Positions 44,461-62,471 of a DNA stretch of 64,000 nucleotides are shown here, in pieces (within the stretch, counting starts at the first letter, position 1; each line of letters begins with the position of its first letter). The notes under the pieces are model-generated. The model was given only the letters and a program-made list of their open reading frames with translations. It did no database searches and was not told the DNA's origin. The translations under genes and the position numbers were made by a program. The stretch is taken from assembly GCF_009914755.1 (NCBI RefSeq), contig NC_060927.1; one strand, 5' to 3'. This DNA comes from the human T2T-CHM13v2.0 reference genome, Homo sapiens.

Positions 44461-46890
44461 GGATACTTTCAGTTTCAAATCTGACTTGTAAACAGCTTGG
44501 AGGTTGTCACACTGTGTTTACAAGAAAAAGCTGTACAAACTGAAAAATCAATTATTTTTCTTTAACCCATTAGAAAACTGAGATTATAAGGCAAATTGCT
44601 ACCCCCAAATCTGGAGAAGCAAGCTCATCTAGAGAGACACATCTGAGATCCGCTTACTTGGAACAGAAGTCTCTGGGTCCATAAACTAGTAGGAACTTTC
44701 AAATGGTAGTTTTGATGAACTGCAGGACAGTAAGTTTGAACTCGAATTGGAATGAGAAACTCCTGGGGACAGTATCCTTGGGGTCTATAATTCTGTGAGC
44801 TTTCCTTTTAGGAACTTTATCAGGTTCTCAAAGAGAAGACTGAGAAAGACACGCTCATGCCTCTGACAGGCGGAAGGAAGAGTAATCATTGTGAAATACA
44901 GAAATATGCACAGAGCTTTCTTTGTAAGAAAGGTTTACTTGAAGGGAAGAAACATTGCCAGAGTCATGATGAAATCTTTCTTGATATAATCTGTAATAAC
45001 CTGTGGGGTTCCTATCAGTAAATCATTCCTCCCACTCCAGTAGCCTCTAGCTTTTCTGACTCACCTAAAAGGGTTTAAAATAATGTTAAAACGTGTCAGG
45101 AATTAGAGGCAATAAATTGGGAATGTCATAGCTAAAGAAAGGAGCAGGGATGAAAGGAGAGAAACACAGGTGAAGGTCATAGCCCCAAAAGAGAGGACCA
45201 CTAAAACACTGAGATTTAATTGGAATATTATAGAATGCTCCCATCCCTCCACACCTTACCACCATACCACCACACAAACAAGATTACAGTATAATTACCA
45301 TTGGCTTATAGCTAAAGGAGCAGCAAGATACAGACTCTGAAATGTACTTAGGAAGTGCCAAAATCAAGAATGGAGAAAAAAAACAAGGGACATATTTGAA
45401 GCCTCTGATAACTATAGCTATAGGAAACATTAAACATAGCCCCACTCCTAGGCAGGTTAACATAAATCCTCACATTAAAGGCCAATTTACCTCAGTTCAT
45501 ATTATCTGATACAACATGTCCAGCTTTTAAGGCATGACAAGGCAAAGAAAGGCAAAAGGCAAGAAAATAATCAGTCTGAAGAGACAAAGCAAGCATAAGA
45601 ACCAGACTCAGATACGACACAGATGTTGGAATTATCAGACAGGGAATTTAAAATAATTATGATTAATATGTTATGCACTCTTGGGAGACAACATTCAAGA
45701 AAAGATGGGTTGTTTAAGCAGAGGGATGGAAACTCTCAGACTCAAAGGGAAACATTAAAAGTAAAAAGCACTGTAACGGAAGTGAAGGGCATCTTGGATG
45801 GGCTCATCAGGAGACTGGACACAACCAAGGAAAGTCTCAGTGAGCTTGCAGATAGGTCAATAGAAACTTCCCAAATTTAAATGCAAAGAGAAAAGAGGAA
45901 AGGAAAAGTAGAAAAACAGAACATTCAAGAACTGTGGGACAGTTTAAAAAGGTGTAAAATACATGTAGTATAGGAATAAAAGGAAATTCTCAAACAAAAT
46001 CATAATGATGGGGTTATGTCAACTGGACACAGGAGCCAACTGAAAGAGTCCTCAGGGGCCAAACTTGAAACAATTTCATTAACAAAATAAAGAAATATCA
46101 AATTATACCCCAAAATATAGAATAAATATCCATGAGTCTATCCTGATATAAATAAATAATTGAATAAATATATGGGGAAGAATAGATAAATCTTTAGGGT
46201 GAAATTTCAAATAATTTATGTAGATACTCGATCCTCATGGAAGAGGAGCATAACTCCCCAGTCTTTAAGTGTGGTCTATATATAGTGACTTCCTTATCAA
46301 GAGTAGCATGAAAAGGGTAACTTCACTGTGGAGAAACATGATAAAAACTCTCTCTGCCAAGTGTTCAAGGTTCACATCAACAGTGATGTCACGTTGACAA
46401 TATATGGTAAGTATGTCACTTTCCATCTTTGGTTTTCCTCTCTCAAACCCAAAACCCAATATAATCATGAGGAAAACATCAAAGAAATCCCAATTGTGAG
46501 ATCTTCTATAAAATGCCTGACCAAGAATTCTTAAAAACTGTCAAGGTCATCAAAAAAACAAGGAAACCCTGAAAAGCTACCACAGCCAAGTGGAGCCTAG
46601 GAAGATATGACAAATAAATATAATGTGGTATCCAGGATGGAATCCTAGGACAGAAAACAAACATTAGGTCAAAACCAAAGAAATATGAATAAAGTATGAA
46701 CTTCAGTTAATAACAAGGTATTATTGTTATTGGTAGTTATTGGTTCAATTATCATGACAAACGTACTATACTATTTTAAGATGTTAATAATAAAGGAAAA
46801 CTGTGTGGAGTATATCGGGAATTTTCTGCACTATTTTTGCAACTTTTTATATATCTAAAACTATTCTAAAATAAAAAGTTTATCTTTAAA
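44461..46890 (+). mobile_element. Internally deleted L1MC/MD-like element nested in the older L1
   Basis: 5' UTR-like region, ORF1-like peptide MLELSDREFKIIMINML (45623), then directly a 3' UTR ending attctaaaataaaaagtt; flanks aaaaaggttcata / aaaaagttcata. Confidence 0.6.
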
Positions 46891-47155
46891 AAGTTCATAT
46901 GAAAAACAAATATGCAAAAATTGTCAGGAAAACACTAAAAGCAAATCTATGAGGGATACTAATCCTGTCTAGATTTAATCCTACATTAAAACATACTATA
47001 GACCATACATAGTGAAAGTAATGTGATACTGATGCATAGACTAACAGAAATTAAATAGAAAGCCCAGAAGTAGACATAAATATATGTAGAAATTAAATAT
47101 ATGATAAAAATGTCATCTCAAATCACTGAAACAAAGGTTTAATAAATAGTGCTGG

Positions 47156-47942
47156 TGTTATGGGTGGGTCTTTGGTCTTAGAGCTCCCAAGATGGTGATG
47201 GGCTGCTCCCAAGATAGTGGCAGCCACTCCCAAGATGGCAGCAAGCCTTTTGTTCTCTGACCTGGGGTTCTTGGCCTCACAGATTCCAAGGAATGGAACC
47301 TTGGGCCATGCAGTGAGTGTTATAGCTCTATTAGAAGCCATGGGTCATGGAAGAGAACCGTGGAACCCAGCGGCTAGTGTTCAGCTTGATTAGGACAAAC
47401 CCGGGCACTTAGCTGCACAGGAACAATGACGAGCTTCTAGCCCAAACGGGAGGGGCAATGGGCACCTTGCTGGATCAGAAGTGCAGCAGACACCCTGCCG
47501 GATCCGGAGGGGTGAAAGTCAATGGTGGGTCTGTGAAGGTGGCGATCAGCAGTGGTGGACAGAGAGCAGAAGTTCAGCTCAAGCCAGAACAAACACGGAC
47601 CAGAAGAGTGTGCAGTTGCAAGATTTAATAGAGTGAAAACAGAGCTCCCATACAATGGGAGGGGACCTAAAGGGGGTTGCCCACTCCCAGCTCAAAGTCC
47701 TGGGGTTTATATCCCAATCATTGCCCCTCCCTGTGTGCTCTCAGGCAATATATGATTTGACTACTTCTTTACCTCCTGCTTTTAGCCTAATTTGTATTTT
47801 AGTGAGCCCTCTTTACTACCTGATTGGTCAGGTGTGAGCTGAGTTACAAGCCCTGTGTTTAAAGGTGGGTTGCAGTCACCTTCCCCAGCTAGGCTTAGGA
47901 ATTCTTAGTCAGCCTAGGAAATCCAGCTAGTCCTGTCTCCCA
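47156..47942 (-). mobile_element. LTR17 (HERV-W) solo LTR
   Basis: Minus strand begins tgggagacaggactagctggatttcctaggctgactaagaattcctaagcctagctgggg; TG..CA ends; 4-bp flanks ctgg/ttgg. Confidence 0.9.
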
Positions 47943-48203
47943 TTGGGTCAATTGATGAATCATATGGAAAAAAACAAAATTAGATGCAGACTTCACATCA
48001 AATACAAGAATAAAATTCACAAATTATAAAATATAAATATTTTAAAATGTAATTAGACAAAAGAAATGGAATTTACTAGAAGAAAGCATGAGGGAATTCC
48101 TCTTTAAACCTCATTGTTAAGAGAGGCTTCCTATGACTCAAAATCCGGTGGCAATTTTTTAAATTGAGAAATGTGAGTACAGTTTTAAAAATAAACATTT
48201 TTT

Positions 48204-48950
<747 letters not shown>

Positions 48951-48997
48951 ATAGATAGACAGACAGACAGATAGATAGATAGATAGATAGATAGATA
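48951..48997. repeat. (AGAT)n/(AGAC)n tetranucleotide STR derived from the Alu tail
   Basis: Seen directly. Confidence 0.9.
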
Positions 48998-49321
48998 CCT
49001 TTTTATTGCAAGAAATACCATTAGTAACATCAAAAGACAAACAATAAACTAGGGGAAGAAAGAGCACCTTCTGTCCACACTGGAGACTTTCTCTTCCCAG
49101 AAAAAAAAAATTTAATTTAATTTAAAAAAGACAACTGACAAACTAGGAAAAAATACTTGCAACATTACTGCAATAGAGATGTTCCTAAGAAACAAAAAAA
49201 AAACTTTAAAAATTTTAGAAAAATATTTAGAATATAAGAATTCTTATGACTCAACAATAAAAACACAAACAACCTAATTTTAAAAGCCATTTGAATAACA
49301 CTTCATTAAAGAAGATATATA

Positions 49322-49500
49322 GCCCAGGCACAGTAGCTCACACCTGTAATCCCAGCATTTTGGGAGGCCAACACGGGCGAATCATTTGAGCCCAGAAGTT
49401 CAAAACCAATCTGGGCAACATGGCAAAACCCTGTCTCTACAAAAAAATACAAAAATTGGCCAGGCTTGGTGCTAAATTTGCAAATTTAAAAAAGAAAATA
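49322..49500 (+). mobile_element. AluJ-like left monomer, truncated
   Basis: Left arm plus linker; TSD TAAAGAAGATATA. Confidence 0.85.
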
Positions 49501-51071
49501 AAGAAGATATACAGAGGGCAAATAAGTACATGACAAGATGTTAGACATCATTAATCATTGAGAAAATGTAAATTAAAATGCAAAGACCTACCACACATTT
49601 ACTAGAATTGCTACAATTCAAAAGAATGACAGTATCAAGTCAAGACAGGGATGTAGAGCAACTGGATGTCTCAAACATTATTGGTTAGAATGCAAAATAA
49701 TACAGTTCATGTGAAAAATAGTTTAACAGTACCTATAAAGTTAAATATATTATATGAACCAGCAATCTCATTTGTAACTATCCAAAATAAATAACAATAT
49801 GTGACCACACAAAGACCTATGTGGAAATGTTTATGACTTTATTCATAATAGTCAAAAACTAAAAACAGCAACATATAAACATACTGGTAAATGGAGAAAC
49901 AAATTGTAGTACAACCATGCAATGCAACACTACTCACCAGTAAAAAGGAACAAACCACGAATACATGTAGCATGTATGAATTTCAAAGCATTGTGTTAAC
50001 TGAAAGAAGCCAGACACAAAAGGCTACATACTTTATGGCCAATTATATGACATTCTGGAAAGACAACAGCATATAGAGAGAAATCAGATCCATGGAAGCT
50101 GGGGGTAAAGAGAGGGGATTGTGCAAAGAGGTATGAGGAAATTTTTAACAATAAAAATCTGTTAAAATTTTTAAAAAGAGAAAGGCTAGAATAACCTTTG
50201 TAATATTGGAATAAATTTGAAAAATAAAACAGAGGTGGGGAAAGAAAAAGACAAATTAAGCGTTTCTTAGAGACTAATCAGGGCAGGAGGTCAGATGGAA
50301 AAGAAGAGATACCTGATGACTGGAGGCTGAGAGGAGATTCCTGGGAGAAGAGATGTCTCATAAGGCTTTTTCTGGAGAAATTCTGAGTTTTTGTGGGTAA
50401 AACTTTATTTTGTGTCCCAAAAATCTTCAGGAATAAAAGCAAACGTCTCATTGGCATTGGCTCTATTGGATTTCTTGTGGATGTATTAAGGTTAGCTCCT
50501 GACTAAAACAGAGTTAGTTTATGCACATGAACATGGTTAGTCAACATCCTGCTTTTGTTTCAATGTCTCAGATAAAAAAGTTCTTCAAGTCTAAGGTTGC
50601 TGAATTGGCCTGGCATTTTTAGCATGCATAATTTTAAAGAGAATGACCATTTTGAAAAGCTATAGTCTTTTATCCTCTTTTATATCAGGTTTATTTTATC
50701 AGAGAAATAAAAGTAGAGAGATTTTACTCATTTCAGGGAGTGCCTTAATAGTATTCCAATGTCTATTGTGATGATAAAAGTGAAAAATTAGAGGTAGGAG
50801 AAATTGCTAAGAGTGTTATCTACAGCGAAGACTGTTGAGACAAAGTTTGCACGTGACAGATTTTGTTTTCAATTTTAGTTATTTTCTTTTTTCCCCCTCA
50901 CATTCACTTCATTTCTGGAAAGCAAGTCCTCTCCAAATCTGCTTGACACCAAGTTTTGAACACAGAATTACTTTCTTCTGTTTTATTAAAATAATGTTAA
51001 TACCTTTAATGCTAAAGTTTTCTTCTTGCTTCATTTGTAAACATAAATAAATACATAAAGTTATGTGTAAC

Positions 51072-51423
51072 TGTATTAGTCCATTTTCATGCTGCTGATA
51101 AAGACACACCGGAGACTGGGCAATTTACAAAAGAAAGAGGTTTAATTTGACTTACAGTTCCCCATGGCTGGGGAAGCCTCACAATCATGGCAGAAGGCAA
51201 GGAGAAGCAAGTCACATCTTACATGGATGACAGCAGGCAAAGAGAGAGCTTGTGCAGGAAAACTCCCCCTTATCATAACCATCAGATCTTGAGAGACTTA
51301 CTCTCATGAGAACAGCATGGGAAAAGCCTGCCCTCATGATTCAATTACCTCCCACCAGGTCCCCCCCACGACACGTGGGAATTCAAGATGAGATTTGGGT
51401 GGGGACACAGCCAAACCATATCA
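51072..51423 (-). mobile_element. THE1 solo LTR
   Basis: THE1 consensus ends; 5-bp TSD GTAAC. Confidence 0.95.
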
Positions 51424-52574
51424 GTAACTTTAGTAAATTTGCAATTACTGTTTAGGCAAACTATACTTTTAATATTTCAAAATAAACATTTTTATTAACT
51501 CTAGTTTTGTAAAAAATGATTACAAAGATATATACTAGATAATATATATAATAGATATATATAATAGATACATACTAGATAATATATATCTACTATATTA
51601 CAAATCACACAGGTATATATTCTTTTGAAACATGTGTTATATAATTTCAATTATATCTACCCTTTTTCTTTTTTATTTTGATGGAGAAAATCTTTTTTTT
51701 TGATATTTATCATCCAAAGGATATTATATTGCTTTACATTCTCAACCCTCTGAACCTTACCCCACTCTTTTTCTTTCCAAATAGCCACATTGTCCTTGGA
51801 TACATCAAAGAAGTCTGGATATAGCATAAGGCTGATAGATGAGAAACATAAATGAGAGGTTCCAAAAACATGGCACTGTAAGATTAACACAGGTACCACC
51901 ACTGACCCTCAAAAATAAGACTTCTTTTTTAAATTAAGATTTCCATAACAATTACAACATGTTATAAATAATTATATCAAAAGCCATCTGAATTTATTAT
52001 TTTACTTATTTCTTTCTTAATCCAATTTAATTTCATAACTCAATTACTTTAGAATGCTGACACTAGGAATTTGCAGTTGAAGAGATAGCACATTTCACCA
52101 AAAACAATCTGAGGCTTATAGTTTTTTCAAGCAAAGTTTTTGCATGGAATTTTTATTAGTTCATTTTGTTGAATGTACCTTCTTGAATTTCAGGGGCCAT
52201 TGGTCATGTGATAGAAAAATCTTTGACCATTGTATTGTAGTCATCACGAACAAATTATTTTATATTTTTATTAAGTGTACTTGTTGCTAAATGATGTGAT
52301 TTCTTTTTTTTCTTTCCAGCTTTTAGGTTCTAGGGTACATGTGCTGGTTTGTTATATGAGTAAGTTGCATGTCTCTGGTCTGGTGTACAAATTACTTTGA
52401 CACCCAGGTAGTGAGCATAGTACCAAATAGATAGCTTTTCAATTCTCATCTACCTCCCACCCTCCACCCGCAGGTAGGTTCTGGTGTCTATTTTTCCTTT
52501 CTTTGTGTCCATGTGCACTCAATGTTTAGCTCCCACTAATAAGTGCGAACATGCAGTATTTGGTTTTCTGTTGT

Positions 52575-55920
<3,346 letters not shown>

Positions 55921-57262
55921 CATTTGTGTTATTTTGTTAAGATAATGGCCTCTAGCTGCATCTTGCAAATGACATGATTTTTTTCTTTTTTATGGCTGTG
56001 TAGCATTCCATGGTGCATATGTACCACATTTTCTTTATCCAGTCCCCCACTGATGGGCATCTAGGTGGATTCCATGTCTGTGCTTTTGTGAAGAGTGCTG
56101 CAATAAGCACATGCCTGTGTCTTTTTGGTAGAACAGTTTATATTCTTTTGGGTATATACCCAAAAATTGGATTGTTGGGTCAAATGGTAATTCTGCTTTG
56201 AGCTCTTTGAAAATTCACCACACTGTTTTCCAAAGTGGCTAGGAACTAATTTACATTCTCACTAGTAGTGTATAAACTTTCCCATTTCACTGAAAACTCA
56301 CCAATATCTTTAATTTTTGACTTTTTAGTAATAGCCATTCTGACTGGTGTGAGATGGTATCTCATTGTGGTTTTGATTTTCATTTCTCTGATGATTAGTG
56401 ATGTCGAGCATTTTTTCATATGGTTGGCCACATGTATGTCTTCTTTTGAGAAGTGTCTGTCCATGTCCTTTGCCCATTTTTTAATAAGACTGTTTTTTTG
56501 CTTGCTGATTTAAGTTCCTTATGGATTCTGAATATTATACCTTTGTCAGAGGAATAGTTTGCAAATATTTTCTCCCATGCTGTAGGATGTCTGTTTATTT
56601 TATTGATAGTTTCTTTTGCTGTGAAGAAGCTCTTTAGTTTAATTAGATCCCATTGTCATTTTTTTGTTTTTGTTGCAATTGCTTTTGGAGTCTTTACCAT
56701 GAAATTTTTGCAAGGGCCTATGTCCAGAATGGTATTTCCTAGGTTTTCTTCTAGAGTTTTTATAGCTTTATGTTTTACATTTAAGTATTTAATCCATCTT
56801 GAGTTAATTTTCATATATAACATAAGGAAGGGGTCCAGTTTTAATCTTCTGCATATGGCTAGCCAGTTATCCCAGCATTTATTGACTAGGAATTCCTTTC
56901 CCCATTGATTATTGTTGTCATCTTTGTCAAAGATCAGATCATTGTAGGTATACAGCTTTATTTCTGGGTTCTCGCACTTGTTTCTTTGGTCTATGCATCT
57001 GTTTTTGTACCATTACCATGAGTTTTGATTACTGTAGCTTTATAGTATACTTTGATATCAGGTAGTGTGATGCCTTTGGTTTTGGTTTTGGGTGGGTTTT
57101 TTTTTGTTTGTTTTTTTGTTTGTTTTTGCTTAGGATTGCTTTGGCTATTCAGGCTCTTTTTTGGTTCTATGTGTATTTTGAAATAGTTTTTTTCTAATTC
57201 TGTAAAAAATGTCATTGGTAGTTTAATAGGAATAGCATTGAACTGTACATTGCTTTGGGCAG

Positions 57263-59559
57263 TGTATTAGTCCATTTCCATGCTGCTGATAAAGACATAT
57301 CTGAGACTGGATAATTTATAAAGAAAAAGAGGTTTAATGGACTCAGAGTTCTATGTGGCTGGAGAGGCCTCAAAATTATGGAAGAAGGCAAAAGGCAAGT
57401 CTTACATGGCAGCAGCAAGAGAAAATGAGAGCCAAGCAAAAGGGGAAAACAGTTATAAAACTATTAGATCTTGTGAGACTTATTCACTACCATGAGAACA
57501 GTATGGAGAAAACTGCCCCTGTGATTCAATTATCTACAACTGAGTCCCTCCCACAACACATGGGAATTATGGGAGCTACAATTCAAGATGAGATTTGGGT
57601 GGGGACACAGCTACACCAACTCATTCCACTGCTGGCCCCTCCTAAATCTCATGCCCTCACATTTCAAAGCCAATCATGCCTTCCCAACAGTCCCCCAAAG
57701 CCTTAACTCATTTCAGCATTAACTCAAAAGTCCACAGTCCAAAGTCTTATCTGAGACAAGGCAAGTCTCTTCTGCCTATGAGCCTATAAAATCAAAAGCA
57801 AGTTTAGTTACTCCCTAGATACAATGGGGGTACAGGCATTGAATAAATACACTCATTCCAAATGGGAGAAATTGGCCAAAACAAAGGGGCTAAAGGACTC
57901 ATGCAGTCTGAAATCCAGTGGGGCAATGAAATCTTAAAGTCCAAAATGATCTCCTTTGACTCCGTGTCTCACATCTGGGTCATGCTGATGCAAGAGGTGG
58001 GTTCCCATGGTCTTGGGCAGCTCCACCCCTGTGGCTTTGCAGGGTATAGCCTCCCACCCAGCTGATTTCACGAGCTGACGTTGAGAGTCAGTGGCTTTTC
58101 CAGGTGCATGATGCAAGCTGTCAGTGGATCTACCATTCTGGGGTCTGAAGGATGATGGCCCTCTTCTCACAGCTCTGCTAGCCAGTGCCCCAGTGGGGAC
58201 TCTGTGTGGGGGCTTCAAGCTCACATTTGCCTTCTGCATTGCCCTAGCAGAGGTTCTCCATGAGGGCCCTGCCCCTTCAGCAAACTTCTGCCTGGACTTC
58301 CAAGCATTTCTATACATCCTCTGAAATCTAGATAGAAGTTCCCAAATCTCAATTCTTGACCTCTGTGCACCCGCAGGCTCAACACCACATGGAAGCTGCC
58401 AAGACTTGGGGCTTGCATCCTCTGAAGCCACAGACCGAGCTGTACCTTGGCCCCTGTTAGCCATGGCCAGAGTGGCTGGGATGCAGGGCACAAAGTCCCT
58501 AGGCTGCACACACCTGGGGGGCCCTGGGCTAAGCAAAGGAAACCATTTTATCCTCCTCGGCCTCTGGGCCTGTGATGATAGGGTAGACCATGAATGCCCT
58601 ATGACATGCCCTGGCGACATTTTCCCCATTGTCTTGGTGATTAACATCTGGCTCCTCATTACTTATGCAAATTTCTATAGCTGGTTGAATTTCTCAGAAA
58701 ATAGGTTTTTCTTTTCCTCTACATCATCAGGCTACAAATTTTCCAAACTTGTATGATCTGTTTCCCTTTTAAAACTGAATGCTTTTAACAGCACTCAAAT
58801 CACCTCTTGAATGCTATGCTGCTTAGAAATTTCTTCCACCAGATACCCTAAATCATCTCCCTCAAGTTCAAAGTTTCACAAATCTCTAGGGCAGGTGCAA
58901 AATGTCACTAGTCTTTTTGCTAAAACATAGCAAGAGTCACCTTTACTCCAGTTCCCAACAAGTTCCTCATCACCATCTGAGACTACCTCAGCCTGGATTT
59001 CATTGTCCATGTCATTATATGCATTTCAGTCAAAGCCATTCAACAAGTCTCTAGGGAGTTCCAAACTTTCCCACATTTTCCTGTCTTCTTCTGAGCCCCC
59101 CACACTGTTCCAACCTGTGCCTGTTACCCAGTTCCAAAGATGCTCTCACATTTTCAGGTTTCTTTACAGCAGTGCCCCACTCCTGGTACCAATTTACTGT
59201 ATTAGTTCATTTTCACACTGCTGATAAAGACATACCTGAGACTGGGTAATTTATAAAGAAAAAGAGTTTCAATGGACTGACAGTTCCACGTGGCTGGGGA
59301 GGTGTTATAATCACAGTGGAAGGCAAAAGGCACATCTTACATGGTGGCAGGCAAGAGTGAATGAGAGCCATGTGAAAGGGGAAATCCCTTATAAAACCAT
59401 CAGATCTTGTGAGACTTATTCACTACCATGAGAACAGTCTGAGAGAAACTGCCCCCATGATTTAATTATCTCCCACCACGTTCCTCCCACAACACATGGG
59501 AATTAAGCAAGCTACAATTCAAGATGAGATTTGGGTGGGGACACAGTCAAACTATATTA
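57263..59559 (-). mobile_element. Complete THE1 element (LTR-internal-LTR)
   Basis: LTRs at 57263-57623 and 59198-59559 with about 1.6 kb of internal sequence; 5-bp TSD GGCAG. Confidence 0.95.
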
Positions 59560-62391
59560 GGCAGTATAACCATTTTAACAATATTGAATCTTCCTGTACA
59601 TGAGCATGGAATTTTTTTTATTTGTTTGTGTTGTCTCTGATTTCTTTCAGCAGTGTTATGTAATTCTCATTGTAAGATACTTCACTTCTCTGGCTAGCTA
59701 TATTTCTAAGTATTTTATTCTTTTTGTGGCTATTGTGAATAGGACTGTGTTCTTCACTTGGCACTCAGCTTGGATGTTATTCGTGTATAGAAATGCTACA
59801 AATTTTTGTACAATGACTTTGTATCTAGAAACTTCACTGAAGTTGTTTGTCAGATCTAGGAGCCTTAGGGCAAAGGCTATGGTATTTTCTAGGTATAGAA
59901 TCATATCATCTGTAAACAAAAATAGTTTGGCTTTCTCTCTTCCTGTTTGGATGCCTTTTATTTCTTTCTCTTGCCTGATTGCTCTGGCTAGGAATCTGGT
60001 ACTATGTTGAATAGGAGTAGTGAAAATGGGCATCTTTGTCTTGTTCCAGTTCTCAAGGGGAATGCTTCTAGATTTTGCCCATTCAGTGTGACGTCAGTTG
60101 TGGGTTGGTCATAGATGGCTCATTTTGAGGTATGCCTAGTTTATTGAGGATTTTTAACATGAAAGAATGTTGGATTTTATCAAAAGCCTTTTCTGCATTT
60201 ACTAAGATGATCATATGGTTTTTGGTTTTAGTTCTGGTTATCTGATTAATCACATTTATTGATTTGTGTATGTTAAACCATCCTTGAATTCCAGGAATAA
60301 AGCCTGCTTGATCATGGTGGACTAGTTTTTTGACATGCTGCTGGACTTGGTTTTCTAGTATTTTGTTGAGAAAGTTTCCATCTAAGCTTATCAGGAATAT
60401 TGGCCTAAAGTTTTCTTTTTTTGCATGTCTCTACCAGGCTTTGGTATCAGCATGATGCTGGCCTCATAGAATGCATTAGGGAGGAGACCCTCCTCCTCAA
60501 TTATTTGGAATAGTTTCAGTAGGATTGGTACCAGCTCTTCTTTCTATGTCTAGTAGAATTCAGCTGTGAATCCATCTAGTCTAGGATCTTTTCTGGTTGG
60601 AAGGATTTTTATTACTGATTCAATTTCATAATTCCTTATTGATCTGTTCAGGGTTTCAATTTCTTCTTGGTTCAATCTTAGGAGGCTGTACATTTCCAGG
60701 AATTTATTCATTTCTTCTAGGTTTTCTAGTTTGTGTGCATAGAGGTGTTCCTAATAGTTTCCAAGGGTTTTTTACTTCTATAGGGTCAGTGGTAATGTCC
60801 CCTTTGTCATTTCTGAGTGCATTTGTTTGGGTCTTCCCTTTTTTTCATTAATCTAGCTAGTAGTCTATCAATATTATTTATTCTTTCAAGAACCAACTGT
60901 TGCCTTCATTGGTCTTTTGTATGGATTTTTATGTCTCCATTTCATTCAGTTCAGCTCTGATTTTGGTTATTTCTTTTCTCCTACTAGCTTTGGGATTGGT
61001 TTGCTCTTGTTTTTCTAGTTCCTGTAGGTGATGCTAGGTTGTTAACTTGAGATCTTCCTTTTTTGATGTGGATGATTAGTGCTATAAACTTTCCTCTTAA
61101 CCCTGTTTACAACAGATGAGTTTAGGTCCCAAATATCTGTTTTAGATCTTAAATATCTTTAATAATTTTCTGCCTCACTGATCTAATACTGTCACTGGGG
61201 TGTTGAAGTCTCCTACTACCATTGAGTGGTTATCTAAATCTCTTTGTAGGTCTCTAAGAACTTGATTTATGAATCTGGATGCTCCAGTGTTGGGTGCATA
61301 TATACTTAAGATAGTGAAGTCTTCTTGTTGAGTTGAACCCTTTATCATTATGCAATGCCCTTCTTTGTCCTTTTTGATTATTATTGGTTTAAAGTCTATT
61401 TCATCTGAAATAAAAATAGCAACTCCTGATCTTTTCTGTTTTCATTTTCTTGATAGATCTTTTCCATCTCTTTACTTTGAGCTTATGGGTGTCATTGCAC
61501 ATGAGATGGGTCTCTTGAAGACAGCATACAGTTGGTCCTTGCTTCTTCATCCAACTTGCCACTCTGTGCCTTTTAAGTGGGACATTTATCTTGTTTACAA
61601 TTAAGGTTAATATTGATATGTTATGGATTTGATCCTATTATATTGGCTTTTGGTTTCTGTGTAGACTTGATTATAGTTGCTTTATAGTGTCAATGGTCTA
61701 TTTACTTAAGTGTGTTTTTGTGCTGGCCAGTAATGGTCTTTTTGTTTCCATGTTTAGCATTCCTTTAAGAACTTCTTATAAGGCAAGTTTAGTGGTGATG
61801 AATTCCCTTAGCATTTGCTTGTCTGAAAATGATTTTATTTCTCCTTCACTTATGAAGCTTAGTTTGGCTGGATATGAAATTCTTGGTTGGAATTGATTGT
61901 CTTTAAGGATGCTAAATACAGGTCCCTAATCTCTTCTGGCTTATAGAGTTTCTGCTAAAAGTCTGCTGTTAGTCTGATGGGGTTCTCTTTGAAGGTGACC
62001 TGCCCCCTCTTTCTAGCTGCCTTTAATATTTTTCCTTTAACTTTGACCTTGTAGAATCTGATGACCATTTCCTTGGGGATAGTCATCCTGGATAGTATCT
62101 TGATGGGTTCTCTGAATTTCCTGAATTTGAATGTGAATATGTCTAGCAAGGTTGGTGAAATTTGCATGGTTAATATTCTTAAGTATGTTTTCCAAATTGC
62201 TTGCTCTCTCTCCTTCAGGGATGCCAATAAGTCATAGGTTTGGTCTCTTCACAAAATCTCATCTTTCTCAGAGATTCTGTTCATTTTTTAAAATTCTTTT
62301 TTCTGTGTTTTGAAATGACTGAGTTGATTCAAAGAATTGGTATTCAGGCTCTGAGATTCTTTCCTCAGCTTAGTCTATTGTGCTGTTAGTA

Positions 62392-62471
62392 TTAGGTTGG
62401 TGCAACAGTAATTGTGGTTTTTGCTATTTAAAAGTAATGACAAAAACTGCAATTACTTTTGCACCAACTAA
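62392..62471. mobile_element. MADE1 (Hsmar1-derived MITE)
   Basis: ttaggttggtgca...tgcaccaactaa near-palindromic 80-mer flanked by TA. Confidence 0.93.

Noticed and set aside
51528-51600. Short repeated atactagataatatata units
   Set aside because: AT-rich low-complexity slippage, not an organised array
57934-58659. 241-aa ORF, the longest in the window
   Set aside because: Lies within the THE1 internal sequence; repeat-derived
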